A stretch of DNA of 64,000 nt, from the NCBI RefSeq assembly GCF_006345805.1, contig NC_043003.1, forward strand, positions 65,410,001 to 65,474,000. Reading direction: 5' to 3'. Origin of the DNA: Octopus sinensis. Its lineage: Eukaryota. Shown here piece by piece: positions 26,264 to 40,476 of this stretch. The position numbers and the translations under genes are program-made. Position 1 is the stretch's first letter; every line of letters starts with the position of its first letter. A model generated the notes under the pieces. The model had not been told where the DNA came from. It worked only from the letters and a program-made list of their open reading frames with translations, and did no database searches.

Positions 26264-27099
26264 ACGATATTGAACTGAATCTGGGGTACTTTTCTTATTG
26301 AACCCGATGGAATTTATCGGAAGAAAACGAAATGACTGTCATAACCTATTTTACAAGTAACGTTGGAAAATTCCGTCTTCTTGCTGTGTATATAGTGTTT
26401 GGGTTATTTCATTGGTACACTTCGATGGCTGTTTGGACCCAGGAATATGACAACTCTGAAAACCACACTCAAAGACACTCTAGTAGCAACTACCCCATCG
26501 TTTTTTATGTTATAGAATACTTTTCCAGCGTGACCTTAACTTTTGAAGGTGTAGGGTTGATTGAAATAGTTTGGTTGTGGTTTATTGCATGTCGTGCGAC
26601 CATACAGAAACTTCATAGCGTACTTGCATGGTTAGTCTGATGCAGCTCATATTTCTCATCCTTAGTTTTATGAAAATTTAAGCAGAGCAACGCAAGCGTC
26701 GAGGATTTGGTGTCAACTTTACAGCATTCATGCTGTGTAGGCTCATAAAACTTATAGGCTGATATCTTACGATTAAATTTATTAGTTGCTGGACGCAGTT
26801 GGTGATAATATTAATTCTTAATTATTCATACATAAATCCGAGACTCCATCCGACCGGCCATTCCTAGATTATTTAACGCTATATAGACACAATGGTAGCC
26901 TTTTGCTCTGAAGTATAGACTAAAGCCTCACGAAATCCTGCGGCTCTTTATAATGAGTTACATCACATCATAACACTGGGATATAATCGATTGCGACTAA
27001 TGTAACATTCATTCACACAGTCTAACACTCACGCACGCACACACTCACACACACATACACACACACACACACACACAAAGAAACACCACCTTACTGTTC

Positions 27100-27250
27100 T
27101 ATATTCAAGAGATGAGGAATTATGTTTATTATTTACATTTGACCAGATGACGGCTGGAGGGTATATCTGCCGAAACTTTGTGTTAACAACAAACAAGATG
27201 AGGACAAATATCCGTCAAATGTAAATAATGTAAATAGTGTAAATAATAAA
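27100..27250. repeat. Self-inverted fragment of the HHR family B element
   Basis: attatttacatttgac (27128-27143) and gtcaaatgtaaataat (27214-27229) enclose a decayed + strand HHR, CAGATGA-C-GGCTG...CTGCC-GAAA-CTTTGTGTT; homologous to 55306-55430. Confidence 0.75.
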
Positions 27251-27989
27251 CACTGCTTTCCATAATCTGTTTCTCGATGATCGACGGAGACTGTTTATAA
27301 GTATGTTCTCGAATATCATGGCCGTGTTTGGTTCGCTCGTCTCTTCTCATCTGTCTCCAGAGCTGCAGCAGTCCAGTTGTGGGCATCAATATTCAACTGC
27401 ACACGGACACACATGGACGCATAGCCTCTCTCTTTCTCTCTCTACCCCCTCTCTCTCTCTCTCATACACACACACACTCACATACACACACGGGCACACA
27501 TATGCCCGTACGCACACTTAGTTTGATGATAGGTCAGTACTGCTCTGAAATTAGAGTATACCGATCACATCACCCAAATGTATGTTGTTATTCTCAGCCG
27601 AGTTATTCTCAAACACGAAACCAAATGAAGCCTACTGAAGTTATAAACATTATGATACAACGGTTTCTGTATTTCTGAAACTTGTGTATAGCGTATAATC
27701 TTCATCTCCACTTGGTCGTGCAATTTGCCTCTGTTCTTCCTAGTCATTAATTCGGCTTATCACTACCACCTGGCGGCATATAGCTAATCCATGTATTTCA
27801 AATATTCGAGCTATGTCTCCCGACAGAGGATAGCTTATTTCATCTTCTCTCTGATCTTATTGTCCTCGAGAAAGTTTATTGGCTTTGCTTCAATTTTTAT
27901 GCATACGATGTGTAACAAATGCAGTGACAAACGCACGAATCTCTATCCCAGACACTTTGTCTATATGTTACATTCTTGAACAACTTCCT

Positions 27990-28500
27990 TGGGTAAAACC
28001 TTAAACTGCATCCGTTAGTGGGGCCTTTTGTACGAGAGATCCAGAGTATTGTGGAGTGCGGAACCGACTCTCAGCCACTGTCGATTCCAGATCTACTCCA
28101 ACCCGGGGTAGTAACATCTGTTAGGGTCCCAGGTATAGGTTAGCTGCCATACGAACCACCTGCATGAAACCCAGGTTATGTCTGGTCCGATAATCAGCGG
28201 TGACTTGGTTAGCGAATCCTTTGTGACGATCGACAATGGATGCAAAATTGAGCTACTACAGATCACAAAAGCGCAAAATATGCTTATGACTGGGGGCCGC
28301 ATAGGAATTAGTATTTTCACCACTGAAATTCCAAACATAAAATCAACACCTTAGAAACAAATGATGACTACGGCTACATCGTCCTTGCTGTCTAATGTGC
28401 TTGCTCTTCAAGTGGGGCATTGGTTAAATTTGCAAGCTGGATATTTGGACTGCAGGCTGAAGCATTACTTTGCTAACTGAAACGTAAGAGCCGACGGCCG
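27990..28500 (+). mobile_element. Possible 5' remnant of an RTE-type LINE
   Basis: GC-richer segment; ttt gct aac tga aac gta aga (FAN*NVR) resembles the (T/S)WNVR start of APE endonucleases. Weak. Confidence 0.25.
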
Positions 28501-30329
28501 GCTGTGGTCATCGTTCATGATGGATGTAGGGAATTCGTTGTTCAGAGCTTGCTCAACCCAATCGCAGTGAATGCTGCCACAAATACAAGTAGTAACAAAT
28601 ACAGTTCTTTGGACCGTCATTAATGATGTTTTATTTAAAAAAAAAATTAATTAAACCAGTTATCCTCAAATAATTTCAAATTGAATAGTATGTATTATCT
28701 ATTAGATTTTAGCCTAGTATCTATCTTTAAGCCTAATTTTGGAGAATGTATTAAGAATATCGGAACTTTCCTACAGATAGCAGGTAATCCGCCTTCAAAT
28801 CACTCCTGATCATCTTCAAAGAACATTATAACCGAAGTGATTCTAGATACATATATTTGAAAAGCAAGCAGAAGCTATGAGACAGTCACTATTATAATAT
28901 CATTTGTTCAAAGGTCAACATGATTAGAACTGAGCTGCATCTAAACAGCAGCAACATTATTAAACAAAAACGACGACGGAAACATCATCATCAACAACAA
29001 CAGCGACAACAACAAATGTGCATCCTTAGAGTTTGCTGCTGCGCTAATAAATTCCCATTTACAGCAATGCGTCGTCATTGTCGATGGAATGTGGATGTTC
29101 ATTCACATTCCAAAGGCGAAGTAGATCTAAAGAAACATTAAATTGGAAAATAAGCATGTTTGTCTTTAATTCTTCTCTCAGAATTCTCCCTCAAAACATG
29201 TTCTCGTAATAAAGATTTAGCTACATACCACTATTTTCTTCTACTCAATTATAGCTTGCTGAACGATAAGCTAAATATATCCAATATGAAACAACGAAAG
29301 AGGTCATTTGCCTGACTATAATAGTCAATCTCACTGTCAGCCTTCCGCAGCTAAATCTTAGAAAAACCATGTAAAAGGCCGTTGATATAAAGAACGCTGA
29401 CCAGTCAAACGATCATCTGTCATGAAATGAAATGGAGGCCAATGCTGTTATACACCGACAGTTTGTATGCGAGCGAGCTGAAACTGGACAATGGGATTGC
29501 TAGGTAAAGTACTATGGCGGAAGTAGTGTAAAAGGATTTCACGAAATTAAAATATCTCTGGCTCTATAATTAACGGAACTGTCGACAAGGTTTTTCGAGT
29601 AATCATAAACTTGGCAGACACTAAATTACAGCACAAAGTATCGCCTGTTAAAGTATATTTGATCACTAATGCTTCTCCTCTCTTCATTCCACGCATGCTG
29701 AGGCAATGAAAACATGAAAACAAATTTACAATAAAATAAAAGAAAACATCACTTGTTAAAATATTAGTTTGCTTGAAAATATATTATTTTCGACTTTAAA
29801 ACACTATAACGTATTGATTTTCATTTTTGTTTTGAAATTCAAAGCAGTTTCTTTCAAGAAGTGCACTATAGTCGCCTGCCTGGAGTTATCTTAATATAAT
29901 GTGTTTTGTTCAGATGTTAATAGTGGAATCACAAAGTCAGTTCCGTTAGCATTTCGATCTAAACTGTAGAGATATGAACTTATCTACTATAAGACATATA
30001 GAGCTCTCCGGGTTTAGCCAAATCTTCGCCTGAAAGTATATTCATATACTTTATTCGTTATTTTTTAATTGTAAGTAAAAAAAAAAATTCCTAGGCAGCA
30101 GCAGCAGCAGCAGCAGAGGTAGTTCGACTAGAAGGAGCAACAGTAAAAAATACTAAAGATTTGCACTTGAATAAATAATAAATGATAGAGAATGACGACT
30201 ATGACCACAAGGAGGATTTTTAATCATTATTTTACTATATGGACTGCAACCGTGTCGGGGCACTATATTCAATGGTTATTATTAAATTATATCGATGCCG
30301 ATACTTAAGTCTAGACTCATTTTATTGAT

Positions 30330-30368
<39 letters not shown>

Positions 30369-30382
30369 TACATATAAAACAT

Positions 30383-30425
<43 letters not shown>

Positions 30426-30699
30426 CACTGTTATCCATATATATATATTTATATATATATATATATATATATATAATCAGTTATTCATATATATATATCA
30501 TGTTTAAGCTCGTCTATTTAGTCACGTCCATCAAGAAAGCAACCAACGGTTCACTACGCATACGCAAACACAGACACAATTCCGCATTCACACATACATA
30601 TATACATACATCTATACGTAAATGCATGCATACACACAGACATACATACACGCATATATACTCACATATATATGGTGGTTGCCTACTACCTACGCAGAG

Positions 30700-31240
30700 T
30701 TTGACCATCTCGTGTACCTACACCTTAGCACCATCATGGCATCTGATGTGGCTCTTAAAACCAGAAAATATTCTGTAAAACACCCACATGGATTGCACTT
30801 CCGATTTAGACCACCAAGAGCTGTAGAACATTTCGGCTCTTTGTTGAACTTAAAATGTCTCTTGAGGCTTCCGTTGGATTTGCAAAACTTCAGGTATACA
30901 CTGCATCCAAAGGTGTGCACAGACATATAGGCAGAATGGTTGGTGGAGGCTTGTTTTCCATGCGTCCACAGATGAGATTTTAGACCAGCCAAAAACTGGC
31001 ATGGTCTGTCACGAACTGTGCACACATAAAGCTCATTGCTATTCACCTTCTCAATCGTTACATTCTTCCTTAGACCTCTTTTGAATCTTACTTGTGTTTT
31101 CCTGGTCTCTTCAAATGCTTTCACTCCACTCCATACCTTTGTTCGCCGTTCAACTCGATCCGAAGCAAGGGTTTCTATATCTTCTGGAACCATTCCCAGT
31201 GACTTCATAGTACTCCTTATGCCGTTTTTAAACCTTCCAT
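30700..31240 (-). pseudogene. RTE (BovB-like) LINE ORF2 C-terminus with three C2H2-like zinc fingers, decayed
   Basis: RFKNGIRSTMKSLGMVPEDIETLASDRVERRTKVWSGVKAFEETR...KRGLRK matches the RTE post-RT region. It is followed by YVCTVRDRPCQFLAGLKSHLWTH, GCSVYLKFCKSNGSLKRHF and KCNPCG...(frameshift)GFKSHIRCH. Confidence 0.75.
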
Positions 31241-31477
31241 ACATGCATGCATACATACATACATACATACATACATACATACATACATAATACATACATA
31301 CATACATACATATATACATGCATACATAAATACATACATACATGCATACATATATACATAGATATATACATACATACTCATATGCAAAATTTGAGAAAAC
31401 CCATAGAAGATGGTATAAATATATTTCCGAACCTGCAATGGTATGATATTTCAATGAACCTCTATTTATCTATGTTC

Positions 31478-31508
<31 letters not shown>

Positions 31509-31687
31509 TGTATGTATGTATGTATGTATGTATGTATGCGTGTATGTGTGTAAGCATGTATGCATATATATAAATATACATATGTAGGTTTGTATGCATG
31601 CATATATGTATTTATGTATAAATGAATGTATGTATATAAGTATACATGCATGGATGTAAGCACGTATGTATAATATATTTTTTATGA

Positions 31688-31718
<31 letters not shown>

Positions 31719-31800
31719 GATGCATGAGGACATATATTTAATTGTATATATACATATATATATATATAGGTATATATATATATGTATATATGTATGTATG

Positions 31801-31857
<57 letters not shown>

Positions 31858-31860
31858 TTA
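31240..31860. repeat. Compound (CATA)n/(TATG)n/(TA)n microsatellite block
   Basis: Directly visible. Confidence 0.9.
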
Positions 31861-32381
31861 TATCCACATATCTATACACTCACACATCTATCTGTCCGTT
31901 TATCTACGTTTGTATGTGTGTGCGCCTGTGTGTTTGTGCGCGCGCATACAACGTATAACTTACGTCAGCACAAGTTAGATGAGGTGTGAGAGGTATGAAA
32001 TAAAGTAACTTTGATGTTTTCAGCATAAAACCTTTTACAGATATTCGGTAGTTAGATACAGATGGTGAAGAAAAAGACTAATGGCGAATTATGTAAAAAA
32101 AACAAAAAACAGCACCTTCAGTTTAATTGCTGGTGGTGAGAAAAGAACGAGGTTTCATACTCGTACAGCAACAAAGCATTTCACTTTGAGTAATGTACAA
32201 ATTATATGTGCACGCACGCGTACATACATAAGTGTCTCTCAGTAATATAAAGGTATAAGTTTTGGTATATCATTTCTGTGAAAGGTGTTTATACTTCTTT
32301 GTTGTATATATTTGGGTTATATACAAATATATACCTGTTTCTATTTTTTGCTGTGTACTGTTATCAGGAGATGTATGTCAC

Positions 32382-32539
32382 AGGCGTGGGTGTGTGGTAA
32401 GAAGCTTGCTTCCCAACCACATTGCTCCGGGTTCAGTCCCACTGCGTTGCACTTCAGACAAGTGTCTACTACTATACTCTCGGGCGACCAAACCTTTGTG
32501 AGCTGAAATGGAAGATGGAAACTGAAAGAATCCCGTCGA

Positions 32540-32593
<54 letters not shown>

Positions 32594-32795
32594 ATGTGTA
32601 TATACATTTGTGTGTTTGTGTCTGTGTTTGTCCCCGCATCATCGCTTGACAACCGATGTTGGTGCGTTTACGTCCCCATAAGTTAGCGTTTCGGCTAAGA
32701 GATCGATTGGATAAGTACTAGGCTTACTATGAATAAATCATGGGTTCGATTTGCTCGACTAAAACCCCTTAAATGACTGTAACAAATAAAAGAAT
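32382..32795 (+). mobile_element. SINE family 1
   Basis: ggcgtgggtgtgtggtaagaagcttgcttcccaacc...gacaaccgatgttggtg...aagtactaggctta. Confidence 0.85.
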
Positions 32796-32814
32796 AAAAT
32801 AATATATATGTACA

Positions 32815-33016
32815 TACGAGGTGATGCTGAAAATAAGGTAAAAGAAAATACAAGAGGATCAGTTAATTATTATTTTATTTAACATATTTCCCTCTCAGAT
32901 TCACACAATTATTGCAACTGTCCTTTTTTAAGCCCTAAAACGCACATCGTAAGTTTGAGTCCCTAACCAGACTTTTTTTGATATCCTAAAAGCGAGGAAC
33001 TTTTCAGAACACTCTA
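32815..33016. mobile_element. Possible mariner-derived MITE
   Basis: TA-CGAGGTGATGCTGAAAA at the left and GGAACTTTTCAGAACACTC-TA at the right are degenerate inverted termini flanked by TA. Confidence 0.45.
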
Positions 33017-33019
33017 TAC

Positions 33020-33062
33020 CTATCCATCCATCTATCTAACTATCTATCTATCTATCTCTCCC

Positions 33063-33149
<87 letters not shown>

Positions 33150-33160
33150 ATCTCTCTATA
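33020..33160. repeat. (TATC)n microsatellite
   Basis: Directly visible. Confidence 0.9.
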
Positions 33161-34740
33161 TATATTCATATGTATATGTGTGTGTTTATACGCACACACA
33201 CACATATATATACACACACACATGTTAAAGGTTCTTGTACTCTTCCTGTGAACTAAATTTTTTAATTCACATGACATTGCTTAACTTGTGGCTATGGCAG
33301 ACGATCAAACGTCTCCATAGTACACTGCAGTCTGTTGAAACTCAGAACCACCTCATTGTAAAACAAAATTCTTTACATCGCATTCGTGCCATACTTACGA
33401 AATAAATCTAGATTAGTCACCATGTTAGAATTAATGCATAAATTAATTCAGAGCAACTGTTGTGTCTTCCACTATTGTTGAAAGTGTCATCTTCTTTTAA
33501 ACACAGGTGACCCACACTTTTAAATGGGTTCAGTACTCATGTAATGCTTCTACTTATCACATCTGAAGCAAAACGACAAATATCCGAGATACAGCATAAA
33601 TGTACAAGCCACAAGAAACAATCGATAAAATAACTTTTTTTCTCCTCGCAACATATGAGTCAAGAATATTTCAAGATCTGAATAGAAAAATAACGATACT
33701 ACAAGAATAAACAAGTAAATAAAACGAATGAACAGAGAAATAAAAAAAAAACAATAAAATATTTGAGAAAATACAAAAAATATTAAATAATGTAATATCG
33801 ATTTCAGAAAAGGCGCATTCTATTTTTCTTTTTCTGATTTTGACTTCAAGTTTAAATTTTTCATTCTAGACATATCTGAATGAGATAATCTTTGATACGA
33901 CATCTTTCATTGGTTATTCCGTTTTCTTTATTCTTACTAATACCCATTGCGGAGATTAATTAAGCAGTGCTATAATATTAATCCTCAAATGATGAGTTTT
34001 TTTTCTGTTTTGTATAGTATTTTTATATCATTTTACTCTTCGCTTAGATACGTCCAGAATCGTAGACGTCTCCCCGTGTCGTCGCTGATCTGTGATGACA
34101 AGCAAACTAGACATTGCGTTGACATGTGGGGAAAAAAATAAAGCAGGCTTATGACATCACTTTCGCTTTATGAGGGAAAATCTTTATCTCCGGATCGATC
34201 TTGAGGATATCCATTCAGTTTGAGGATTTATTTTTCTTTAGTTATTTATTTGCTTGGTTGGAGACAGGATAACTCCATCTTGTTGATGATATATGTGATT
34301 TAGAATGACAATATTGCAAAATCTAATTACTAAAATCTATGATTCATAAAAATTATTTTACGAGAAGTAAAACCTTTTTCATAAGCTCTAAAAAGAGTTA
34401 GTAAGATGCTGGCCCATTTCTGTTTCTTAATAGAAACATAAAAATTCAAGGATTTCTAAAACTAGAAATACTTCCGGAAAACACTCTGAATACATATCAA
34501 TTTGCATTACGCAGCAGAAGAATAAAGTTTGAACATAGTTTCGGGTTTAACCCTTCCTGCTCTCCAGCTATAAATCCTAATGAGAACGGCAGTAGAAACC
34601 TAGCGTTATTGAAATCTTTGTCTATTGTTATTGAAATCTTTGAATACAAATATTGATTTTTTTCATAGACTTATGATCATATAATTAGGAGAATGGTGTA
34701 AATTGAACTGTTATTTGGGTGACACTTCATCTTATTGAAT

Positions 34741-35015
34741 CTAGTCTATTGAGGTCGATCTCAGGCGTATTTTAAGACGGAACGTAAAGAAACGTAACGA
34801 AATGACGCAACGTTTGTTCGACCGAAATTTCCGGAGCGAGGGATGGTGATGTGTCGATTACTTCGACTACAGTGCTCAACTGGTTTTTATTTTACCAACT
34901 CCGAATGGATGAAAGGCAAAATTGACCTCGGTGGAATTTGAACCCTGAGCGTCAAGACGGAAGATATGCCGCAACGCATTTCGCCCGGTGTGCTAACGAT
35001 TGTGCCAGCTCGCTA
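34741..35015 (-). mobile_element. SINE family 4: partial plus fuller degenerate copy
   Basis: gatggatgaaaggcaaaattgacctcggtggaatttgaacc...tcgcccggtgtgctaacgattgtgccagctcgc. Confidence 0.75.
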
Positions 35016-36104
35016 CTTTCCTTTATTTATAAATATTACGTGGATTTTATTATTGCTATTATTTATTTTTTTATCTAGCTGATATCACTCGTCACTTCGT
35101 CCTTGCAGACCCTACTATTACGGTGAGATACTTGGAGGTTAAGATACAGTGATCATAAAATCTGCAGAGTATTTTAGAAGATGAAATATTAGGAAGCTGA
35201 TATACAACATGGATATCTTGTATTCCGTTGTTTGTAGGCAAACATAAGGAAATGTATTCGATGAACGGATCACCGAGGTTTACCGTTATGTTTGGTGCAG
35301 TACATTTTATGAAATATCTAATGCAGTATGGATTGCGAAACACGATATGGATAATGACAGGAATATTAAAGGGATGATTTGGAAAAAAAATATACAGCTA
35401 AATCATAGTTATAATCTTCTCACCGGTGGATTATAATTTTATTTGCCAGAGTCATTATGAGTTGTGTTGATTATAAACAAATTTCGGCTCATTTTGTGGG
35501 TGGGATGTAGATCAAAATTCGTACGTGTGCTTTTTAACAAGTTTGTAGCAAGTTTGACGTAGAACAATAAACACTAAAGGACTAGACGTAAATATGGAAA
35601 TTTCAGTGTGATTTGCAAACGAAATTCGGGGCGATTTGCAAAGATGTGACGAGAGGTTGTCGGGGAAACTTCTCGTTCCAATAAATCTATTTATGTAAAA
35701 TTTAACAAAAGAATAAGAAAGTAAGATATTGCTCGGCTTGTTGCAGAGCAATATATATCTATAAATATTTCTATAGTGAAATATTCTTACTGACATACTC
35801 ATTGTAAATAGTTGAATATGAAAATAATAAGAACAAAAAATAATAAAAAATGATTAAAAAAATGTTTCCGGATAGAATTTCTTTTTTGTGATAACATTTC
35901 TTTTCGTTTTAAATTGGCATAATGACCCCTCCATGATAAAGCAAAATTCATTTTGTTCCGTTTGTTGAAAAATAATCTAATAAATTTCAGGTTTCTCACT
36001 GAGGGAAGAGCAGCGTATGGTTTCTCATATTTTGCATATTCTACCATAAAAACACACACACACAGACACATATATGCGTGTGCACACATACGTAGACATA
36101 TATA

Positions 36105-36164
36105 TGACTTGTGAGTGGATTTCGTAGATGGAAATTGAATGAAGCTGCTCAATTATATATATGT

Positions 36165-36208
<44 letters not shown>

Positions 36209-36310
36209 CTTTGCGTCTGCGTTTCTCCCCTACAACCGCTTGACAACCGGTGTTGGTTTCTTTATGTCCCCGTAACTTAGCTGTCGAATGACTGAAACAA
36301 ATAAGAGAAA
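36105..36310 (+). mobile_element. SINE family 1, partial and deleted
   Basis: ttgtgagtggatttcgtagatggaaattgaa...gcttgacaaccgg...ccccgtaacttagc. Confidence 0.75.
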
Positions 36311-36929
36311 AGATAAAGGACACAGAAAAGTTAAGCGATTGTCAGATTTGTTGAAGTTGAGTGCGGAAGGGCGTTGCGATATCTGTTAGAATTTTGCGGG
36401 TTACGACTTCTAATTGCACAGGCCAGATTTGCTTTCGATCTTTTTGCGGTATCGATGAAAAAGAAAAAACAAGCCAGGGTTCACTTTCTCCTGCATATTT
36501 GTTTTGACACAAGAACGATAGGTTCGAGAGGGAATGTGAGTTCCCATTCGTGACCACATGGTTCAGAATACAATTAGAGAATAGCTCACTATATGAGGAA
36601 TCGTTGGTGCTATTCATTAGGGTTCAGTTGGGACTGAACAAAAACAACCACAAAGGACACCACAAATAGAAAACTGAATTTTTGCGTTTGATATATGTAA
36701 ATAATAAAAATTAAATCTTATCAGAGTTATTTCCAAATAACAAAATATCAGGTTTTTGATGAAGGTAAATAGAAATAAGGAGCATGTGACTGGAACGAAA
36801 TGAATGTTTACTGAAATGAATAAGAAGAGCTTACACAGAATTAGATTTCTATTTAAGCGTGTATTCGGAATGCAAATATTACAGAATCCATCCACATAAT
36901 AGGTGTATGAGTTACATAAGACGCGGAAG

Positions 36930-36930
36930 A

Positions 36931-37029
<99 letters not shown>

Positions 37030-37134
37030 ATACATATATACACAAATATAAAAGTGAATAAGAGCGTATATGTGCGCATATTCTTGGATATATACATAAA
37101 ATGATCACTCACTCGTATATTCATATGCATACAT

Positions 37135-37220
<86 letters not shown>

Positions 37221-37240
37221 ATATATAAATATATATACAA

Positions 37241-37271
<31 letters not shown>

Positions 37272-37435
37272 CAAATACACACATATGCATTCGTTATATA
37301 TATATGTATATGCAGCCATACATATATACGTACGTACATGCATACATACATCCGTACATACATACATACATACATACATACATACATACATCATACATAC
37401 ATACATACATACATACATACATACACACACACACA
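36930..37435. repeat. (TATC)n plus (TA)n/(CATA)n blocks
   Basis: Directly visible. Confidence 0.9.
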
Positions 37436-38769
37436 AACGGTAATATAATTAAAGTTGCATCAATGTAATAATGCTGCAAGTAAATGGTCTCAGTTATTCT
37501 TTCGGAAACAGGAATTATTATTGAAATTTTCTTATCCTTTCATATTTTTGCTCTGTTTATCTGTTTCTTTTTCGTTTGAAACATCTTATTTCCAAATAAT
37601 GGTGTTGAATTAAGTGAACATGAATAGATTCTCTGAGTTTCGTTTGCTATGTGATTATAGAAAATCTACGGAATATAGTCGAATATAATCTCTTCAGAAA
37701 TAAATTTTAAAATTAAAATTAAATAAAAAAAACAGGATTTAGAGGAAAATTCAAGATAATTAGCATTTCGTTCTATATCTTGATTTTTACGAAAGCTATA
37801 CAGTTGGATATTTGGAAATGATTAGAATACTTGCAATACGTTAGACACTTTTTTTTCTTCATTCACAATTTGAATAATATTTCCAAAATAATTTGATATC
37901 TTTTGAATATATCAGTATTAGGAAATCGTGTCTGTTATCATTCTACGTATATTGTTTGTTTTATTCCGGTGTGGTAGTGGTTGAAATTATTAACAAATTT
38001 CAAATAATAATAAGCACAACTCATATGAAAGCTTCAGCTATGTCAACGTGTCTGTGTAGAATAAATAATAAGCTATGTGCTGTAGTCATTAAGGAGCTAT
38101 ATCTCATAGGATATAAGCGTTTTTAACTTGCTTAATCGAATTCAGAATCGTGTTCTAACTATGGATGGTCCTATCTTTTTACTCCCTTGGAACCTTTAGT
38201 TCATTGTCGAAATGTATCTTCGTAAGGTCTTTTTTATAAGTATCTCCATGGTCATCGTTCTAACGAACTTTCTGGTTTAGTACCTCCTGTAAAAACCTTT
38301 AATCTTGTCACCTACTCTTGTTCTCAGGCGTGTCGCTTCACTTCTTTTCTTGCAAATCGATGTCTGATGAATCTGCAGACTAGTTTATTTTCTTCTTAGA
38401 CTTTTACTGTGGCCTTAACTATTTTTCTCACAAAACGTTAGCGGTGCTGGAAAAAGCAGTCTGGCTTACACCATCAGTTCGAATCATAACGCACAATTGC
38501 CCCACAACAGTTACGATATATTAGAGAGGCAGAACTGTAGGCCTTTGAAATAGAATATAGACAAGAAATAAATATGCTCTCCATAGTTTGATGCAAGGTC
38601 TGTGTTTGTGACTGTTTGCCAACATTACTGTACGTTAGTGATGCAGACCAAACCGTACCTGCACACGGTCACATGAATTACTACAATTTAGAAATAAGTT
38701 TCTAATTGGTACTCAAATGAAACCTTACTCAGCGGCCTCGAGCTAGGAATAGAGTAACTGGCCACGGCA

Positions 38770-38809
<40 letters not shown>

Positions 38810-39026
38810 AAATATGGTGGTTTAGTTCAGAGGCGATCTAAACGATTAGGTACGCTATGTAAGTCCTGTAACGGATTACTAGGGCTCCGAGGTTATAGCC
38901 GAGACCGTAGTTATGGAGCCATTGCAGATTTCCGATGCAGCGGATATATAATAGTTAAAGAGAACAGCAAACATTAAGGCAAAGCAAACATCTCAAGCTG
39001 TATACAATATTATTACTGGAAACAAA

Positions 39027-39082
39027 GTCTTACAGCTGTTTCAGAGATATCCCCGAGTATAGGATATTCCGTCATCAGAGAC
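39027..39082 (-). ncRNA. Minimal type I hammerhead ribozyme motif (family A), intact core
   Basis: GUCU-CUGAUGA-C-[GGAAUAUCC/GGAUAUCUCU stem II]-GAAA-CAGCUG-UA-AGAC. Stem I GUCU/AGAC is perfect, stem III ACAGCUGU is palindromic, and the cleavage triplet is GUA. Confidence 0.8.
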
Positions 39083-39269
39083 AAATAGGAAAAAATAGGG
39101 AAAATGAGAATGGCATATATTAATGAGATGACATAGAGGAAGGCAGTAAAATAATAAGGAAATAGAAAAGAGAGAAAATACGCATAAAGATTCATAGTTC
39201 AACTTTACAAACAAATCATATAGGACAGCTCTACAATCACCACTGGATACCATAAATACCAACCAATGC

Positions 39270-39747
39270 AAGCTTGTAAATGCGACCGCACTGAGCCCTA
39301 CAGCCCAAGAACATCACACTTCAATCTTAAGGACCATTAACCAGACTTCTTATCCAAACCCTCTATTAGACTCATCTGCTCCACCAAATCTAATTTAGGA
39401 CGAATCAGCCAAAATATACTAGACAGAATCATACCCTTTATTAGAGAGAAACTAAACGTAAACTCACGGTTCTGCACAGGCGAAGTCATCTCCTGGTTCC
39501 ACCTGCTTCACAGCAAAACCACATCCTCTTTCCTACAATTTGACGTCAATAATTACTATGCCTGTATATCACCTTCTACCTTAAAAAGTCCTGATCTCAG
39601 CTAAAAGCCTAACCAACATAACCTCCTTAGAAACTGATGTAATTCTATCTGCCAAGCACACTCATATCCTTCGGTAATAGGCTTTGGTCCAGCGTTAATC
39701 GCAGCACTAACAGAAACAACTTCTTTGATATAACCATGGGCTCATCC
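39270..39747 (+). pseudogene. Penelope-like reverse transcriptase fragment
   Basis: HFNLKDH*PDFLSKPSIRLICSTKSNLGRISQNILDRIIPFIREKLNVN...VISWF...SFLQFDVNNYYACIS...(shift)...FFDITMGS matches PLE RT LKDHK...RLI...G(K/R)IS...FDI..FYPSI...FDVTMGS. Confidence 0.85.
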
Positions 39748-40421
39748 TTTCCCTTTTCGACTACCTACATACTCATAACCCCATTGCTAAAAATAGCTCT
39801 ACATCCACTGACCTTAGCCAGAACAGACACAAGTAATTACTACTAAATTTCTTCCTCAACAACTTTAGACTTTAAGACTAACAGACATCTACGCCTCTCT
39901 CTAAATTCCTTTCATTTTGCTCTATATTTTTTACTCTACCTTCTCCTACCTCCGCATCCCCTTTCTTATCTTCTCTGCTACTCCGTGCACAATTCTTGCA
40001 CACCATACACCTATACACCTTACATTATCCTATAGCCAATCCTTAAACCCCACCCCACTCTATCAACCCCTCTTTCTATTTATTTCTTTTCTTTCTTTCC
40101 TTTTACCACTTAATAGCCACCTCTGCTACCGTCCTGTTATTGAACGGTGATATGTTCGTCTCTTTTTTCTCTGGATGTCTACTATATCATGCTTTTAAAC
40201 TATATGGATTTAAGCAGGATTGCACTAAAAGACTTGCGCTCATGGATCTACGCAGGATTGTGCCTAAGGACTCATGGTCTTGTTTCTATAACTTCGGAAA
40301 GTTGAACAATAAAATTTTGTTTTTTTACTTCTTTCTTTCCATCTCCTTATTCTTTTTCTCCCTTCCTGTATGTCATCTCATTAATATATAGCATTCTCAT
40401 TTTCCCTATGTCTCCCTATTT

Positions 40422-40476
40422 GACTCTGATGACGGAATATCCATACTCGGGGATATCCCCGAAACAGCTGTAAGAC
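40422..40476 (+). ncRNA. Minimal type I hammerhead ribozyme motif (family A)
   Basis: GACU-CUGAUGA-C-GG(A)AUAUCC...GGAUAU(CC)CC-GAAA-CAGCUG-UA-AGAC; one A.A mismatch in stem I. Confidence 0.75.

Noticed and set aside
28920-29141. ORF with poly-R/H/Q (KQKRRRKHHHQQQQRQQQ)
   Set aside because: Arises from mixed CGA/CAT/CAA trinucleotide runs; no domain or splice support.
35240-35440. Open frame GNVFDERITEVYRYVWCSTFYEIS...
   Set aside because: No recognisable homology and weak splice signals.
36340-36545. Open + frame ending at a GTGAGT donor (36536)
   Set aside because: Poor acceptor, and the peptide is not recognisable.
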